Shown piece after piece: positions 49,664 through 58,894 of a DNA stretch of 64,000 nt. The notes below the pieces were generated by a model, which saw only the letters and a program-made list of their open reading frames with translations, had not been told where the DNA came from and made no database searches. The first letter of the stretch is position 1. Every line of letters starts with the position of its first letter. The translations under genes were made by a program, and so were the position numbers. This DNA comes from a virus (Duplodnaviria; Caudoviricetes), in the IMG/VR virus record IMGVR_UViG_3300027533_000001, positions 3,146-67,145 of that record. One strand, given 5' to 3'.

Positions 49664-51475
49664 CTAACCGCCAGCCGACACCTCCATCGTGAGTTCCAGC
49701 CACCGTGCCTCCAGTACCTGGGGTACCGCCACCTCCTTGCCCTTCTTGGTAATGAACGGCACGAAGTACAGTGCACCCTTGGCACGGGTGAGCATGACGT
49801 TGAGCACGTTGGACTCTTGCATTGTATCCTCGTCATTGCGCCCCGCCATGCCCAGCCGGTCGGGCCTCAAGAGTACCAATCTATTGTCGGGGGTGTCAAC
49901 CTCAAGACCTTTGAACTTGTGACCAGTGCTCAATGTTACCTTGCCATTGCGTGCGCCGTCGCCGAAGACAAAGCGTATTGTATTCTTGATCTTACCCGCA
50001 TCCATCCCTTCCATTGCGAGTATGTTCAAGCAGTCGTATTGATCCTGGAGTGTAGCCAATCGCCGCTCGGCATCGTCACCCTCCATCAACAGTGGCCGTC
50101 GCTTCTCCATGTACCAGTCACGCAGCGACAGGCCAAACGACGAGGCATCCCCGGCCCAGTCCTTGCCGTTCACCTCATCGACCAAGTCGCACAGCTTGTC
50201 GCCTATGTCCCGCCCCTTGATCATGCAGGGGATGGACTTGGACAGTAACCGGTATGCCAGTGCCACTAGGTCTGCGTTGTTCCTGCAGAGCACCACGTCA
50301 CCGGGCTTGAGCCAGCCCACCAGTTGGCCATCATCCACTGTACCCAGTGCCCCCTTGGCAGTACCGGGCAGGCACTCGAAGTCAGGGACAATGGCCTGTG
50401 TCAAGCGTACTACCATCTCAGAGCATCGCCTCGTCTGCGTGAGTGGCAGTACCGTCAGGCCCCGGTCATCTGTGCCCCGGAGGAGTACCTCGCCGTTGTC
50501 CATGGCACGGGTATCGGCTCCGCGGAATCCAAAGATCGCCTGTCTCTCATCCCCTACCACCACCACCCGTGAGCCAGCGACGATGAGCTTCCTCACCATC
50601 TCGGCCTGTGGTTGGTTCGTATCCTGGTACTCATCGACGAAGACCAGTGACGGTGCAGTATCCAACTGTGCCCTGGTCTCGGCCTGCCACCAGAGTTGGT
50701 CATCAAACCCAATGCCCCACTTGCGTAGATCCAGTGACATGACGAGCAGTTCACGCAGTGCCGCACACACCTCGTCTAGTGTGCCGTTGTCCAGCGTCAC
50801 ATCATAGCGGTCACACAGGGCCTTGACATTGGCATCTGTTGGCGTGCGCCACTCGTTCTTGCAATACCCCAGCAGGCGGCGAAGGTTCACACGCATCTTG
50901 CGTACCCGTGCCTTGGTCAGCTGGTCGTCGTTGGTGTTGGCCTTGATACCCAGTGCATCGAGCATGGCCCAGATGCCGCCAGCGTTTGATTTGCCAAGCT
51001 CTATGAGGCGTCCAATGTCCCGCCCCTCGACCCCGTTATCCCTCATGAACTCAATCCCAAGCTGGTGATAGGACAGTGCACTGTACGATGGGGCTTGACG
51101 TCCCATTGCCCTGGCCAGGAGTACCAGCCATGCGATGCACTCATTTATCAGCGTCGTCTTGCCCGTACCCGCACGCGCACGCACCATAATGTGATGCGAG
51201 TTGGTCACTAACTCCATGAGTACTGCGAGTTGCTGGCCGGTGAGTTGCAGTCTCGGCCTGTCCATGAGGGTTAGTAACTTCTCCCTCTCCTCATCCCTCG
51301 CGTCTGCGCCGAATGCCACATACCGTATCGAGGTGATGCCCGGTATAGACGGGTGCATCGACTGCATCAGTGAGTCAAGCATAGTCTCTGGACAGTGACC
51401 ACCGTGCTCCGCCGGTCGGTCGATCAGTCCAGTTGTGATTGGTTGTTGTCTAGTGTTGTTTAGTTTCAATGCCAT
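49664..51475 (-). CDS. UvrD/Rep-family SF1 helicase
   Basis: RAGTGKTT, VDEYQDTN, VGDERQAIFGFRGAD, LTQTRRC, LCRNNA, HKFKGLE and MLTRAK. Confidence 0.92.
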   Translation of the reverse strand: MALKLNNTRQQPITTGLIDRPAEHGGHCPETMLDSLMQSMHPSIPGITSIRYVAFGADARDEEREKLLTLMDRPRLQLTGQQLAVLMELVTNSHHIMVRARAGTGKTTLINECIAWLVLLARAMGRQAPSYSALSYHQLGIEFMRDNGVEGRDIGRLIELGKSNAGGIWAMLDALGIKANTNDDQLTKARVRKMRVNLRRLLGYCKNEWRTPTDANVKALCDRYDVTLDNGTLDEVCAALRELLVMSLDLRKWGIGFDDQLWWQAETRAQLDTAPSLVFVDEYQDTNQPQAEMVRKLIVAGSRVVVVGDERQAIFGFRGADTRAMDNGEVLLRGTDDRGLTVLPLTQTRRCSEMVVRLTQAIVPDFECLPGTAKGALGTVDDGQLVGWLKPGDVVLCRNNADLVALAYRLLSKSIPCMIKGRDIGDKLCDLVDEVNGKDWAGDASSFGLSLRDWYMEKRRPLLMEGDDAERRLATLQDQYDCLNILAMEGMDAGKIKNTIRFVFGDGARNGKVTLSTGHKFKGLEVDTPDNRLVLLRPDRLGMAGRNDEDTMQESNVLNVMLTRAKGALYFVPFITKKGKEVAVPQVLEARWLELTMEVSAGG

Positions 51476-51596
51476 AACTTATTACTCTCCTTGCGTTTCA
51501 TATCAATCGTCGACGGTACCCACAGCGGTTACTCCATGGGTACCGCCTCGTCATCAGGTAATGACTGGCTACAGTGTGTCTCTGTCTGCTATCCCA

Positions 51597-52055
51597 TCAC
51601 CTCCTTTCCTTGAGTAGTTGGAGCAGGGACATGAGCACCGTGTCCTCAGCTGGCGTCTCGACCAGTCCCCAGCCCTGGCGCAGCGACAGCCCCTTGTACT
51701 CCTTGGCTGGGGGGTAGGTGTCGTGGACGCTGGCCCAGAACATGTTGCGGTAGACGTCGGCCCTCTCCTTAGCCAGGGTACCCAGTGTCATGGCAACCTG
51801 CTCCGCTTTACTGCCATCCGCCGAGAACTCATAGGCAATCTTCTGCTCGGCAGAGATGTGATCGTAGTAGCGGGATACCAGATACAGTACACGGGTCATG
51901 CCGGGAGGGACGGTGCCTATGAACTTCTCGTCATCTCCCAGTGGGGATATCCCACCGGTGCAGTCCCCGTCGAGTGATAGTCCGTGCTTATCACCAAGTA
52001 CCTGTTCCAACTCGGCCACAAAGTCGGGTAGCTTAACAGCTGTAGTGTTCTTCAT
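51597..52055 (-). CDS. Hypothetical protein
   Basis: Likely leaderless start ATG 52055, 7 nt after a -10 box. Confidence 0.6.
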   Translation of the reverse strand: MKNTTAVKLPDFVAELEQVLGDKHGLSLDGDCTGGISPLGDDEKFIGTVPPGMTRVLYLVSRYYDHISAEQKIAYEFSADGSKAEQVAMTLGTLAKERADVYRNMFWASVHDTYPPAKEYKGLSLRQGWGLVETPAEDTVLMSLLQLLKERR

Positions 52056-52062
52056 GTTGTCC

Positions 52063-52091
52063 ATTGTACCACACAAGTCCTTTCGAATCAA
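52063..52091 (-). promoter_or_regulatory. Sigma70-like promoter
   Basis: TTGATT-17-TACAAT with an extended -10 TG. Confidence 0.65.
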
Positions 52092-52095
52092 TAGC

Positions 52096-52443
52096 TTACT
52101 TGACCATCCGTTTCGTGCACACCAGGGCATGGCCAGCGATGTAGTCACCGGGGAGTAGCCACTTCTCCACCAGTGCAGTAGCCACGGGGTTGGGTTCCTT
52201 GCCCGTGAGTTTCCCTTCCTCGTCCATCCACATCAACCTACCATCCGGCATGTCGATCATCTGCACAGTGGTGGACTGGGTGTGGGTGTACAACTCCTGC
52301 AATTTGAAGTCCCGGCCATTGAGTGGTTCCACGGTGGTGATCGTGCCATCGGGGGCGATGACCTGCGTCACGGGTGGTACCATCGCCTTGGCCAGCGGGT
52401 CGTTCATCGTCGCTGACACCGTGCGTCGGCTTGTCTTTTCCAT
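52096..52443 (-). CDS. DUF3846-like protein
   Basis: LQELY...VQMI...LMWMDEEGKL...PNPVAT...DYIAGHALV pattern. Confidence 0.75.
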   Translation of the reverse strand: MEKTSRRTVSATMNDPLAKAMVPPVTQVIAPDGTITTVEPLNGRDFKLQELYTHTQSTTVQMIDMPDGRLMWMDEEGKLTGKEPNPVATALVEKWLLPGDYIAGHALVCTKRMVK

Positions 52444-52444
52444 G

Positions 52445-53683
52445 TTAGTCACTAACTCCTTGCTGTAGTATCGGTCGCAATTCCTCAGCCAGTATGTCAT
52501 CCTCCCGTGTGTCCATCTGGCGTAGCCGTGCCGCGTGCTCCATGAACACGGGCTTGAATGCCTCGATTGTGGTACGCAATAGAGTATGACACCCTATCAC
52601 TACCTCGGTCTGGTTGATGTACTGCAACTGGTACACCCCAACCTTGGGACCGGGGTTCTCCCAGGTGTAGATGAGATCCACGCCTGTCGCCCATACCCTC
52701 TCGCACAGGTCGAGCAGACGTTTCGCCGCCCGTATCCCAACCCTTGCCCCGCGTGACGTCTCCACCTCGTTGCCACTGATACGCAACAGGGTGATCTTCA
52801 TCGCCTCGTTAGTTACCCAGTAGGGTACCGGTCCAGTCCAGTCGATGAACTTCCCGGTCGTGGTACCCCCATCCTTCCATGCCTGGGTGATCTGGGCAAT
52901 GCGATCTGGTGTCCAGTACTCCCTCTCCTTCTCCTCCTTTGCCTTGCTCTCGGCATAGCGTGCCTCGTCCCGCCTGCGCCTCTCGGCCCATGACCGGCGA
53001 CCGAAGGCACCGTGCTCACTGACCCGTGCCTCATCCACCTCCCTCCACCTGTCACTATATACCTGGGCCACCTCCAACTCAGCGTCGGTCCACCTGCCAT
53101 TGATCAGGGCCATGCGGTACACCCGGAGTTCCGGCACTGCCCCCATCATGGACCCACTGTCATACCCACTGCCGCCCGTGCCGCCCAGCAGCATCTCGAT
53201 CTGGCGCAATGTAGTTTCCCGCTCATCGGCCTCGGCTTGGTGGCTGGTCATGGTGATGTACCGCTTGGCTTTCATCTTGCCCAGCTTGGCATCATCCCTG
53301 CCACACTCACCCCAGTGGTACACCATGCGCCACCCCAGGTTGCGTAGTATCTGCATGTCATCACCCTTGGTGACCCAGTACATGTTGTATCCCATGACAT
53401 GCTTGGATATGCGTACTGCGTGATGCTGGGCAGTGGGCATGCCGCGCCGTATCTCACCGGGTATCCAGTGCGGGGAGACGCGGGACCGGTAGGGTTTGTC
53501 CACGTGATCCGCGAACAGGGTGATGAGTACCCCGCCCACATCAAGGTGCAGCCCTACGAGTGAGCCGTCGTAGAGTATAGCCTTGCCGTTGTTGGATACG
53601 GCAAGGTTACCAGAGCGTAGATACTCTGTCACCCCCCGGTTGCACCACTGGTGCAGTAAGTCTGCTTGCGTTAGTCTAGCCAT
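52445..53683 (-). CDS. Hypothetical phage protein
   Basis: 412 aa; GGAGG RBS; C-terminal ETSRGARV...VIGCH segment; stop inside the palindrome. Confidence 0.75.
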   Translation of the reverse strand: MARLTQADLLHQWCNRGVTEYLRSGNLAVSNNGKAILYDGSLVGLHLDVGGVLITLFADHVDKPYRSRVSPHWIPGEIRRGMPTAQHHAVRISKHVMGYNMYWVTKGDDMQILRNLGWRMVYHWGECGRDDAKLGKMKAKRYITMTSHQAEADERETTLRQIEMLLGGTGGSGYDSGSMMGAVPELRVYRMALINGRWTDAELEVAQVYSDRWREVDEARVSEHGAFGRRSWAERRRRDEARYAESKAKEEKEREYWTPDRIAQITQAWKDGGTTTGKFIDWTGPVPYWVTNEAMKITLLRISGNEVETSRGARVGIRAAKRLLDLCERVWATGVDLIYTWENPGPKVGVYQLQYINQTEVVIGCHTLLRTTIEAFKPVFMEHAARLRQMDTREDDILAEELRPILQQGVSD

Positions 53684-53753
53684 AGTCGAACCTCCACCAC
53701 ACTGGATAGGTAGTTGGTTACTAACTATCCAGGTGGTCAGTGCTCAGCCTATG

Positions 53754-54077
53754 CTACCCCTTGGGGTAGGGGCGCGGGGCGAAGTAGCAGTCCGTCTCCA
53801 CCCCATCCTTGACCAGCGTGACATCCAGTCCCGCCAGTGAGCCGGTCGGTTGGCGTGAGCAGGTGCAGTACTCACGGTAGATACGGGTAGCGTGGTTGTG
53901 GTCACGTCCCTGGTGCACCTTGCCTATGCCCTCGACCACCACCCAGTAGAGGGAGATCTTGACTGGTACCTGCCGCTGCGTGGACTCCTCGCGATGGAGC
54001 CTGTCTATAATGTCCATCTGCTCCTCGGTTAGGGCAGTGCGTGCAATGGCCTTGATCCACGCGGTGTGGTTAGCCAT
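53754..54077 (-). CDS. Hypothetical early protein
   Basis: MANHTAWIKA...; its C-terminal domain is shared with 55580..56062. Confidence 0.6.
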   Translation of the reverse strand: MANHTAWIKAIARTALTEEQMDIIDRLHREESTQRQVPVKISLYWVVVEGIGKVHQGRDHNHATRIYREYCTCSRQPTGSLAGLDVTLVKDGVETDCYFAPRPYPKG

Positions 54078-54213
54078 TGGCTTGCACCTTGGCGAGTGCG
54101 GCGGTGATGGCGGCGTTGAGTTTCGCTTGGCACCCGTTGCACCGCACCCCCTGCAATGCCCTGCCCCGCCTGCAGATGCGGCAGGCACGCTGATTGGTTC
54201 TCTGTTTGGTCAT
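54070..54213 (-). CDS. Small Cys-motif protein, not in the ORF track
   Basis: MTKQRTNQRACRICRRGRALQGVRCNGCQAKL...; RBS AAGGAG; two CxxC motifs. Confidence 0.55.
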   Translation of the reverse strand: MTKQRTNQRACRICRRGRALQGVRCNGCQAKLNAAITAALAKVQANG

Positions 54214-54237
54214 GTAGTGTTCTCCTTTGTCACTGTC

Positions 54238-54417
54238 CTACTTGCTGTCGTTCGGCGCGTCGTCGCTCTCGACCACCCGCCATTCACGCACTGCGGTCCA
54301 GCGCCATGACAGGGATTGACCTGCGTCCTTGGCCGCAGCCTCGGACGAGTACCGCATCCCATTGCTGGCCCACTTGCCGCTGTTGTCAGCGATGACTTCG
54401 ACTTTGTATGATCCCAT
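54238..54417 (-). CDS. Small hypothetical phage protein, not in the ORF track
   Basis: MGSYKVEVIADNSGKWASNGMRYSSEAAAKDAGQSLSWRWTAVREWRVVESDD...; RBS AAGGAG. Confidence 0.7.
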   Translation of the reverse strand: MGSYKVEVIADNSGKWASNGMRYSSEAAAKDAGQSLSWRWTAVREWRVVESDDAPNDSK

Positions 54418-54439
54418 GTTGTTTCTCCTTGGTTAGTTA

Positions 54440-54610
54440 CTAACGTTTCAAAAACAGTTGGCCAATCTCTACCCCATCGAAGTAGACAGTGACCAGCACC
54501 TCGTCAGACGGGCCAAGCGACGGGAGGTAGTACTCGTGGAAGTCCCGTTCGCTTGACTCGTAGGACTGGATGACCAGCCCGTTGCGCTTGATTGTGTATC
54601 GCAGCCTCAT
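54440..54610 (-). CDS. Small hypothetical protein, not in the ORF track
   Basis: MRLRYTIKRNGLVIQSYESS...; RBS AAAGGAG; stop inside the palindrome. Confidence 0.6.
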   Translation of the reverse strand: MRLRYTIKRNGLVIQSYESSERDFHEYYLPSLGPSDEVLVTVYFDGVEIGQLFLKR

Positions 54611-54627
54611 CGTAACTCCTTTGTCTA

Positions 54628-55083
54628 CTATAACTTACCAGTGGGGTGGATGCTCTCTCCCTTCTTGTTGAGATAGTCCATGAACGCATCCCAACTGGAC
54701 CACATCTCGGACAGGCACCGTCTCACTATGCCGATGGGTTCGGCTACCATGTGGTCAGACAGGAACCACCGGAGGGTAGAGGTCTGGTTGCGTATCTCCT
54801 CCACCTTGGTCACGTCCTCCGGGTTCACCCAGAACTCAGAGACGTAGGTCATGTCGCTGGACAGCCTGCCTACCAGGATGTACCGCTCGATTGGACCCTT
54901 GTCACCATCCAGGGCTGGAGCATGCCGTACCCTGCCTACCATGCGGCCAACCTGTAGATCCCCTTGATGGCCGGTGCGCCACCAGATGAGGTCACCCAGC
55001 TTGGCATCCACCTTGCCGTAGCCTGTCCGGTCGGCATTGCGGCAGAGGACTTGACCCCTGTCTATCGTTGCGTCTGTTCGCAT
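54628..55083 (-). CDS. Hypothetical early protein
   Basis: RBS AAGGAG; MRTDATIDRGQVLCRNA... Confidence 0.7.
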   Translation of the reverse strand: MRTDATIDRGQVLCRNADRTGYGKVDAKLGDLIWWRTGHQGDLQVGRMVGRVRHAPALDGDKGPIERYILVGRLSSDMTYVSEFWVNPEDVTKVEEIRNQTSTLRWFLSDHMVAEPIGIVRRCLSEMWSSWDAFMDYLNKKGESIHPTGKL

Positions 55084-55166
55084 TGCTGTTCTCCTTCCAT
55101 CCAAGTGCATGATCCAGCCACCGGGTTAGTGACTAACTCATGCACTTGATGACAGTAGACTAGCCT

Positions 55167-55475
55167 CTACTCGCTGGTGGTGGTCACCTTCATGCCCCGG
55201 ACCCTCAATGCCCTTACCATGCGGCACAGGTCTACCCCGCCGTTGATGTCCTGGAAGTACTCCAGGAACTCCCGGCAGACACGGTCGGTTTCGATAGCGT
55301 TGAGGTTGTCCTTCACGCTATCGACCATGACCTTGACCGTGGGTAGGCTGGGCCGTGCCCCCATCACCTCCTCGCACATCGCCATGACAGCGAGTATAGC
55401 CCTGGCCTTGCTCGTCTTGAGGTTGAGCTTCTCCAGCGTGGAGTAGGTCACCCGCGTCGTCGGATTAATTGCCAT
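55167..55475 (-). CDS. Hypothetical early protein
   Basis: RBS AAGGGAG; MAINPTTRV... Confidence 0.6.
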   Translation of the reverse strand: MAINPTTRVTYSTLEKLNLKTSKARAILAVMAMCEEVMGARPSLPTVKVMVDSVKDNLNAIETDRVCREFLEYFQDINGGVDLCRMVRALRVRGMKVTTTSE

Positions 55476-55579
55476 AGTGATTAGTTCTCCCTTGTCACTG
55501 CCTGTATCCCAGCCAGCTACGCCACAGCATGGACACTGACCTGTCACTGCCCATGCTATGTCTAGTTGTCTGCGCTACG

Positions 55580-56062
55580 CTACTCCATGCGGCTCTCGAT
55601 ATCTATCAGCCGCTGTTCCCCGCCGTCGTACTCGTTGACGGTGTCGCCATCCCGCAGCAGGGTCACGTCCTCGTACCCGGCAATGCCCTGGCCAGCGGCA
55701 GAGAGTTTGACATAGCTGTCGTACTTCATCTCGGCAATGCCCTGGTCCATCCCGCTGTAGATGGTGCCAATGTTGCTCACTACAACCTCGTAGTGGTGAT
55801 GGCCATCGCCGGATGACTGCGCCAGTTCATGGCACGCCTTCTCTGCCGCCTCATAGCTCTCATGCAGCGTGCTGCCACAGCCATTCAACTCACACAGTTT
55901 GAGCAGGAACAGCGTGACAATGGGATGGCTGTTCCTGTCCCGTGTGGCCATGGTGTGTTCGCAGAGTACGCCCATCACACGGTGGAAGGACGCTACCACG
56001 CCTGATAGATTACAGGCGTCCTGCACGTCGATGGCCTGTTGAGCGGCCTGTTGTATTGTCAT
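55580..56062 (-). CDS. Two-domain hypothetical early protein
   Basis: RBS AAGGAG; N-terminal AIDVQDACNLSGVV...HPI module plus a domain shared with 53754..54077. Confidence 0.7.
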   Translation of the reverse strand: MTIQQAAQQAIDVQDACNLSGVVASFHRVMGVLCEHTMATRDRNSHPIVTLFLLKLCELNGCGSTLHESYEAAEKACHELAQSSGDGHHHYEVVVSNIGTIYSGMDQGIAEMKYDSYVKLSAAGQGIAGYEDVTLLRDGDTVNEYDGGEQRLIDIESRME

Positions 56063-56150
56063 AGTCTAGTTCTCCTTCGTCGTTGACATCTAGCCAACTA
56101 AGCAGCACGGCCACTACCCCGATGGGCATTGACCGTGCCTCCCTAGCAGT

Positions 56151-56480
56151 CTACTTGCCTAACTTGCCAGCCTTGGCCAACTCGCGGCCACCGCCGCCAT
56201 AGCTAGCCAACTGTCTCTCCTGCGCCACTGCCTTGACAGCGGCATCCTCGGCCATCATGCATTCAGTGTCTGTCGCGCATCCCCCCAGCGTGCCAGCAAA
56301 CGATGACTCATCTGCCTTGGCCTGGATGTCTGCGGTTTCGACATCGCAGTACTTGCCGTAGACACTGTCCACCGTGTAGATGGCATAGGTGATAAGGCCA
56401 GTGAATGCGGCCACCCTGACCAGGGTATCCAGGAACGGGATGATCCGGTCACTGATCAGGGTATAGGTTGTTAGTTTCAT
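56151..56480 (-). CDS. Hypothetical membrane-anchored protein
   Basis: RBS AGGAGAGAACCAATC; one TM helix. Confidence 0.65.
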   Translation of the reverse strand: MKLTTYTLISDRIIPFLDTLVRVAAFTGLITYAIYTVDSVYGKYCDVETADIQAKADESSFAGTLGGCATDTECMMAEDAAVKAVAQERQLASYGGGGRELAKAGKLGK

Positions 56481-56581
56481 GATTGGTTCTCTCCTAAGTT
56501 GTTGATATCACTGGGGTTAGCCAGCTAGTGGGCCAGGGCAAACATGTCGTATGCTTGCCCTGCCTATAGCCGCCCCACTGT

Positions 56582-56920
56582 CTAGTGGGGAACGTGGCCG
56601 AGCCGCTCGAACTCGGTCTTGGAGTCGGTCGACAGAGTCAATGTCTCCGACAACATGACGCAATCGACACTGACATCGTCCATGCCGTTGATATAGACAT
56701 GTGGCCGGAACAGATACACCTTACTGTGGGCGAAGTCAATCCGCTGGACCATGGCAGTGTCGAACATGACCGATGCCTGCGGCACACGAATCACGTCCCC
56801 GACATACATGTCCTGCGGCTTGACCATGACACGATCTGTTAACACGGCTGGCGGTCTAGTGCCAGTGTCGTAGTAGTGGCTGACGATGTCATCAACCTGA
56901 TCGTTCGTCAAAGTTGGCAT
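56582..56920 (-). CDS. Hypothetical early protein
   Basis: RBS AGGAG; 112 aa. Confidence 0.65.
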   Translation of the reverse strand: MPTLTNDQVDDIVSHYYDTGTRPPAVLTDRVMVKPQDMYVGDVIRVPQASVMFDTAMVQRIDFAHSKVYLFRPHVYINGMDDVSVDCVMLSETLTLSTDSKTEFERLGHVPH

Positions 56921-57014
56921 AGATACAATTCTCCTGTCTGCTTGGGATTAGTCCGAGTGGACAAACATGCCGTCTGGCCCGATGGTACAGACGGCATGGC
57001 TTGACGACTCGCGG

Positions 57015-57236
57015 CTAGTGGGTAATGCTCGCCCAGAGCGGCCCGTGATACAAGTCCAGGGTACGCTTGTCGTCGATCAGTTCGACGGACTTGGCTTTCC
57101 CTTCACGCCAGTAGACACGTTCCGCTTTGGACACGGCTTCCTCGGCGGTTCTCGCGCTAACTGTCGCGAATTGCTTGGGCTTGCTAAAGCCTACCTGGAA
57201 CAGAGTGTAGGCGTAGCTATCGGTCAGGTTTGGCAT
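57015..57236 (-). CDS. Hypothetical early protein
   Basis: RBS AGGAG; 73 aa. Confidence 0.65.
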   Translation of the reverse strand: MPNLTDSYAYTLFQVGFSKPKQFATVSARTAEEAVSKAERVYWREGKAKSVELIDDKRTLDLYHGPLWASITH

Positions 57237-57357
57237 GTGATGGTTCTCCTGTCTGTCGCGTCTGGTAGTCCAGAAACACGAATAGCCAGCCTAGACAATG
57301 CCTAGACTGGCTATTAGCGGGGCGTGTTTCCGGCACACGCCCAAGCCGCTTGGCGAA

Positions 57358-57711
57358 CTAGTCCTTGTCGCTCTTGTTTTTCAAGAGCTTGTCATTGTCC
57401 ACGAGGAATTTCTCGATGGACTTGGCGAACTTGAGCAGGCGAACCCATTGCGACTTGTACAACGTGAACGGGAATCGGCCCAAGCCATAGACCGACAATG
57501 CGCCTTTCAGAGACACTTGCATTGTCAGCGGTACTTCCACGACGGGCTTGACGGGAGCCGTAGCGAGCTTCGCGTTTTCGGCTTTCAGACGGGCTACCTC
57601 GGCTGCAAGCGGAGCCGTGGATTGCGCGACGGCTTGCGAGACAGCTTGGGCGATGATCGCCTGAATGTCAACTCCGTTGATGGGAGTGGTCACGGTCTTG
57701 TTGATTGCCAT
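57358..57711 (-). CDS. Conserved hypothetical protein (first gene of the leftward arm)
   Basis: RBS AAAGGTAG; short coiled coil followed by VSLKGALSVYGLGRFPFTLYKSQW. Confidence 0.75.
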   Translation of the reverse strand: MAINKTVTTPINGVDIQAIIAQAVSQAVAQSTAPLAAEVARLKAENAKLATAPVKPVVEVPLTMQVSLKGALSVYGLGRFPFTLYKSQWVRLLKFAKSIEKFLVDNDKLLKNKSDKD

Positions 57712-58894
57712 AGTCTAATGTCTACCTTTCGAATCGCTACCAGTATCTCTGGCAGCTATGGCGAGACACACGTATCGTATATGTCTCGCCATAGCTGTAC
57801 CGCCAGCATAGCTAGTCACTTGACGGATTGGATAACCTTGTCTCGAAACCCAATTTTTAGACACAACTCTCGTGGAGTTAGCGTGTTCGTTAGTAACTAA
57901 CTATCTGGCGGTATAGCCGATTGCACTGGTACTACATTGCTACCAGCGTATGGTAGGCCATCTTGGCTATCCAGCACGCCTACCATGTTTTCCGCCTATA
58001 ACCCTAGTCTCATCTATCACGCCTACCAGTGGTCAATACCCACGCTGGACTTGTTAGGGACTTGTTTCTAGCACGGCATAGCATAGCTAGGGTTCATGAG
58101 AATAAATTCTAGATCCTAGCCAATGTTTAGCGGCCGATTCAGCGGATTGCTTCCAGTGGTCAATTGAACTGATACCCACGCTGGACTTTCCACGCTGCCG
58201 GAGTCGGTTTTCCCCGCTATGCAAACATGCGATAAACTGACGTATCGTTATGGCAACCATTAACTTTTACCGGACCTTTAACGTTTCCCAACGTTACTCT
58301 ACTAATGGGCAAGTGAGTTTAAGATATTGGCTTATGTCTTACTTCGCTGGTACTCGTTTCCCCTAACCATTCTGGCCTTTAATGGCCTACACTGCATCCG
58401 CTAGTGTGGTTATCTACCAGGGTACTCCGCTACAGCAATAGCATGTGCTATCTATCCGAGTCCGGTATAACATGTCAAAGATCGTTTCGATCCCGTCAAT
58501 TCGAGTGGTCACGTTCGTGAGAACTTCGCGGGGTATTAGGTTGCGGCTACTTTCCCATATGAGCTTTCGCCGAGTGGACTTTCGTCCTAAGCTTCGCTCT
58601 CTGCATGGGAGCTTTCGCCCCGCCCCGCCCCGCCCCGCCTCGAATATCAAAGATCGAAGTCCAACTATATGCAATCCCATGGTATGGCACAAGCGAAATT
58701 TGTATGCATAGCGGCTAGCCTATAGGAAACAAAGGTTGAAAATAAATATTGTTATCCATGTCTACATTGAGGCGTAGAAAAGGCGAAAATGTAATCGCCC
58801 TTTGTTATCAATGCCTTGCACTGGTTTCGCCATCTATTCCCCTAGTCTATGGCGTATAGGCTATAGGACATTGCCATAGAATCATTGGGTTAGC

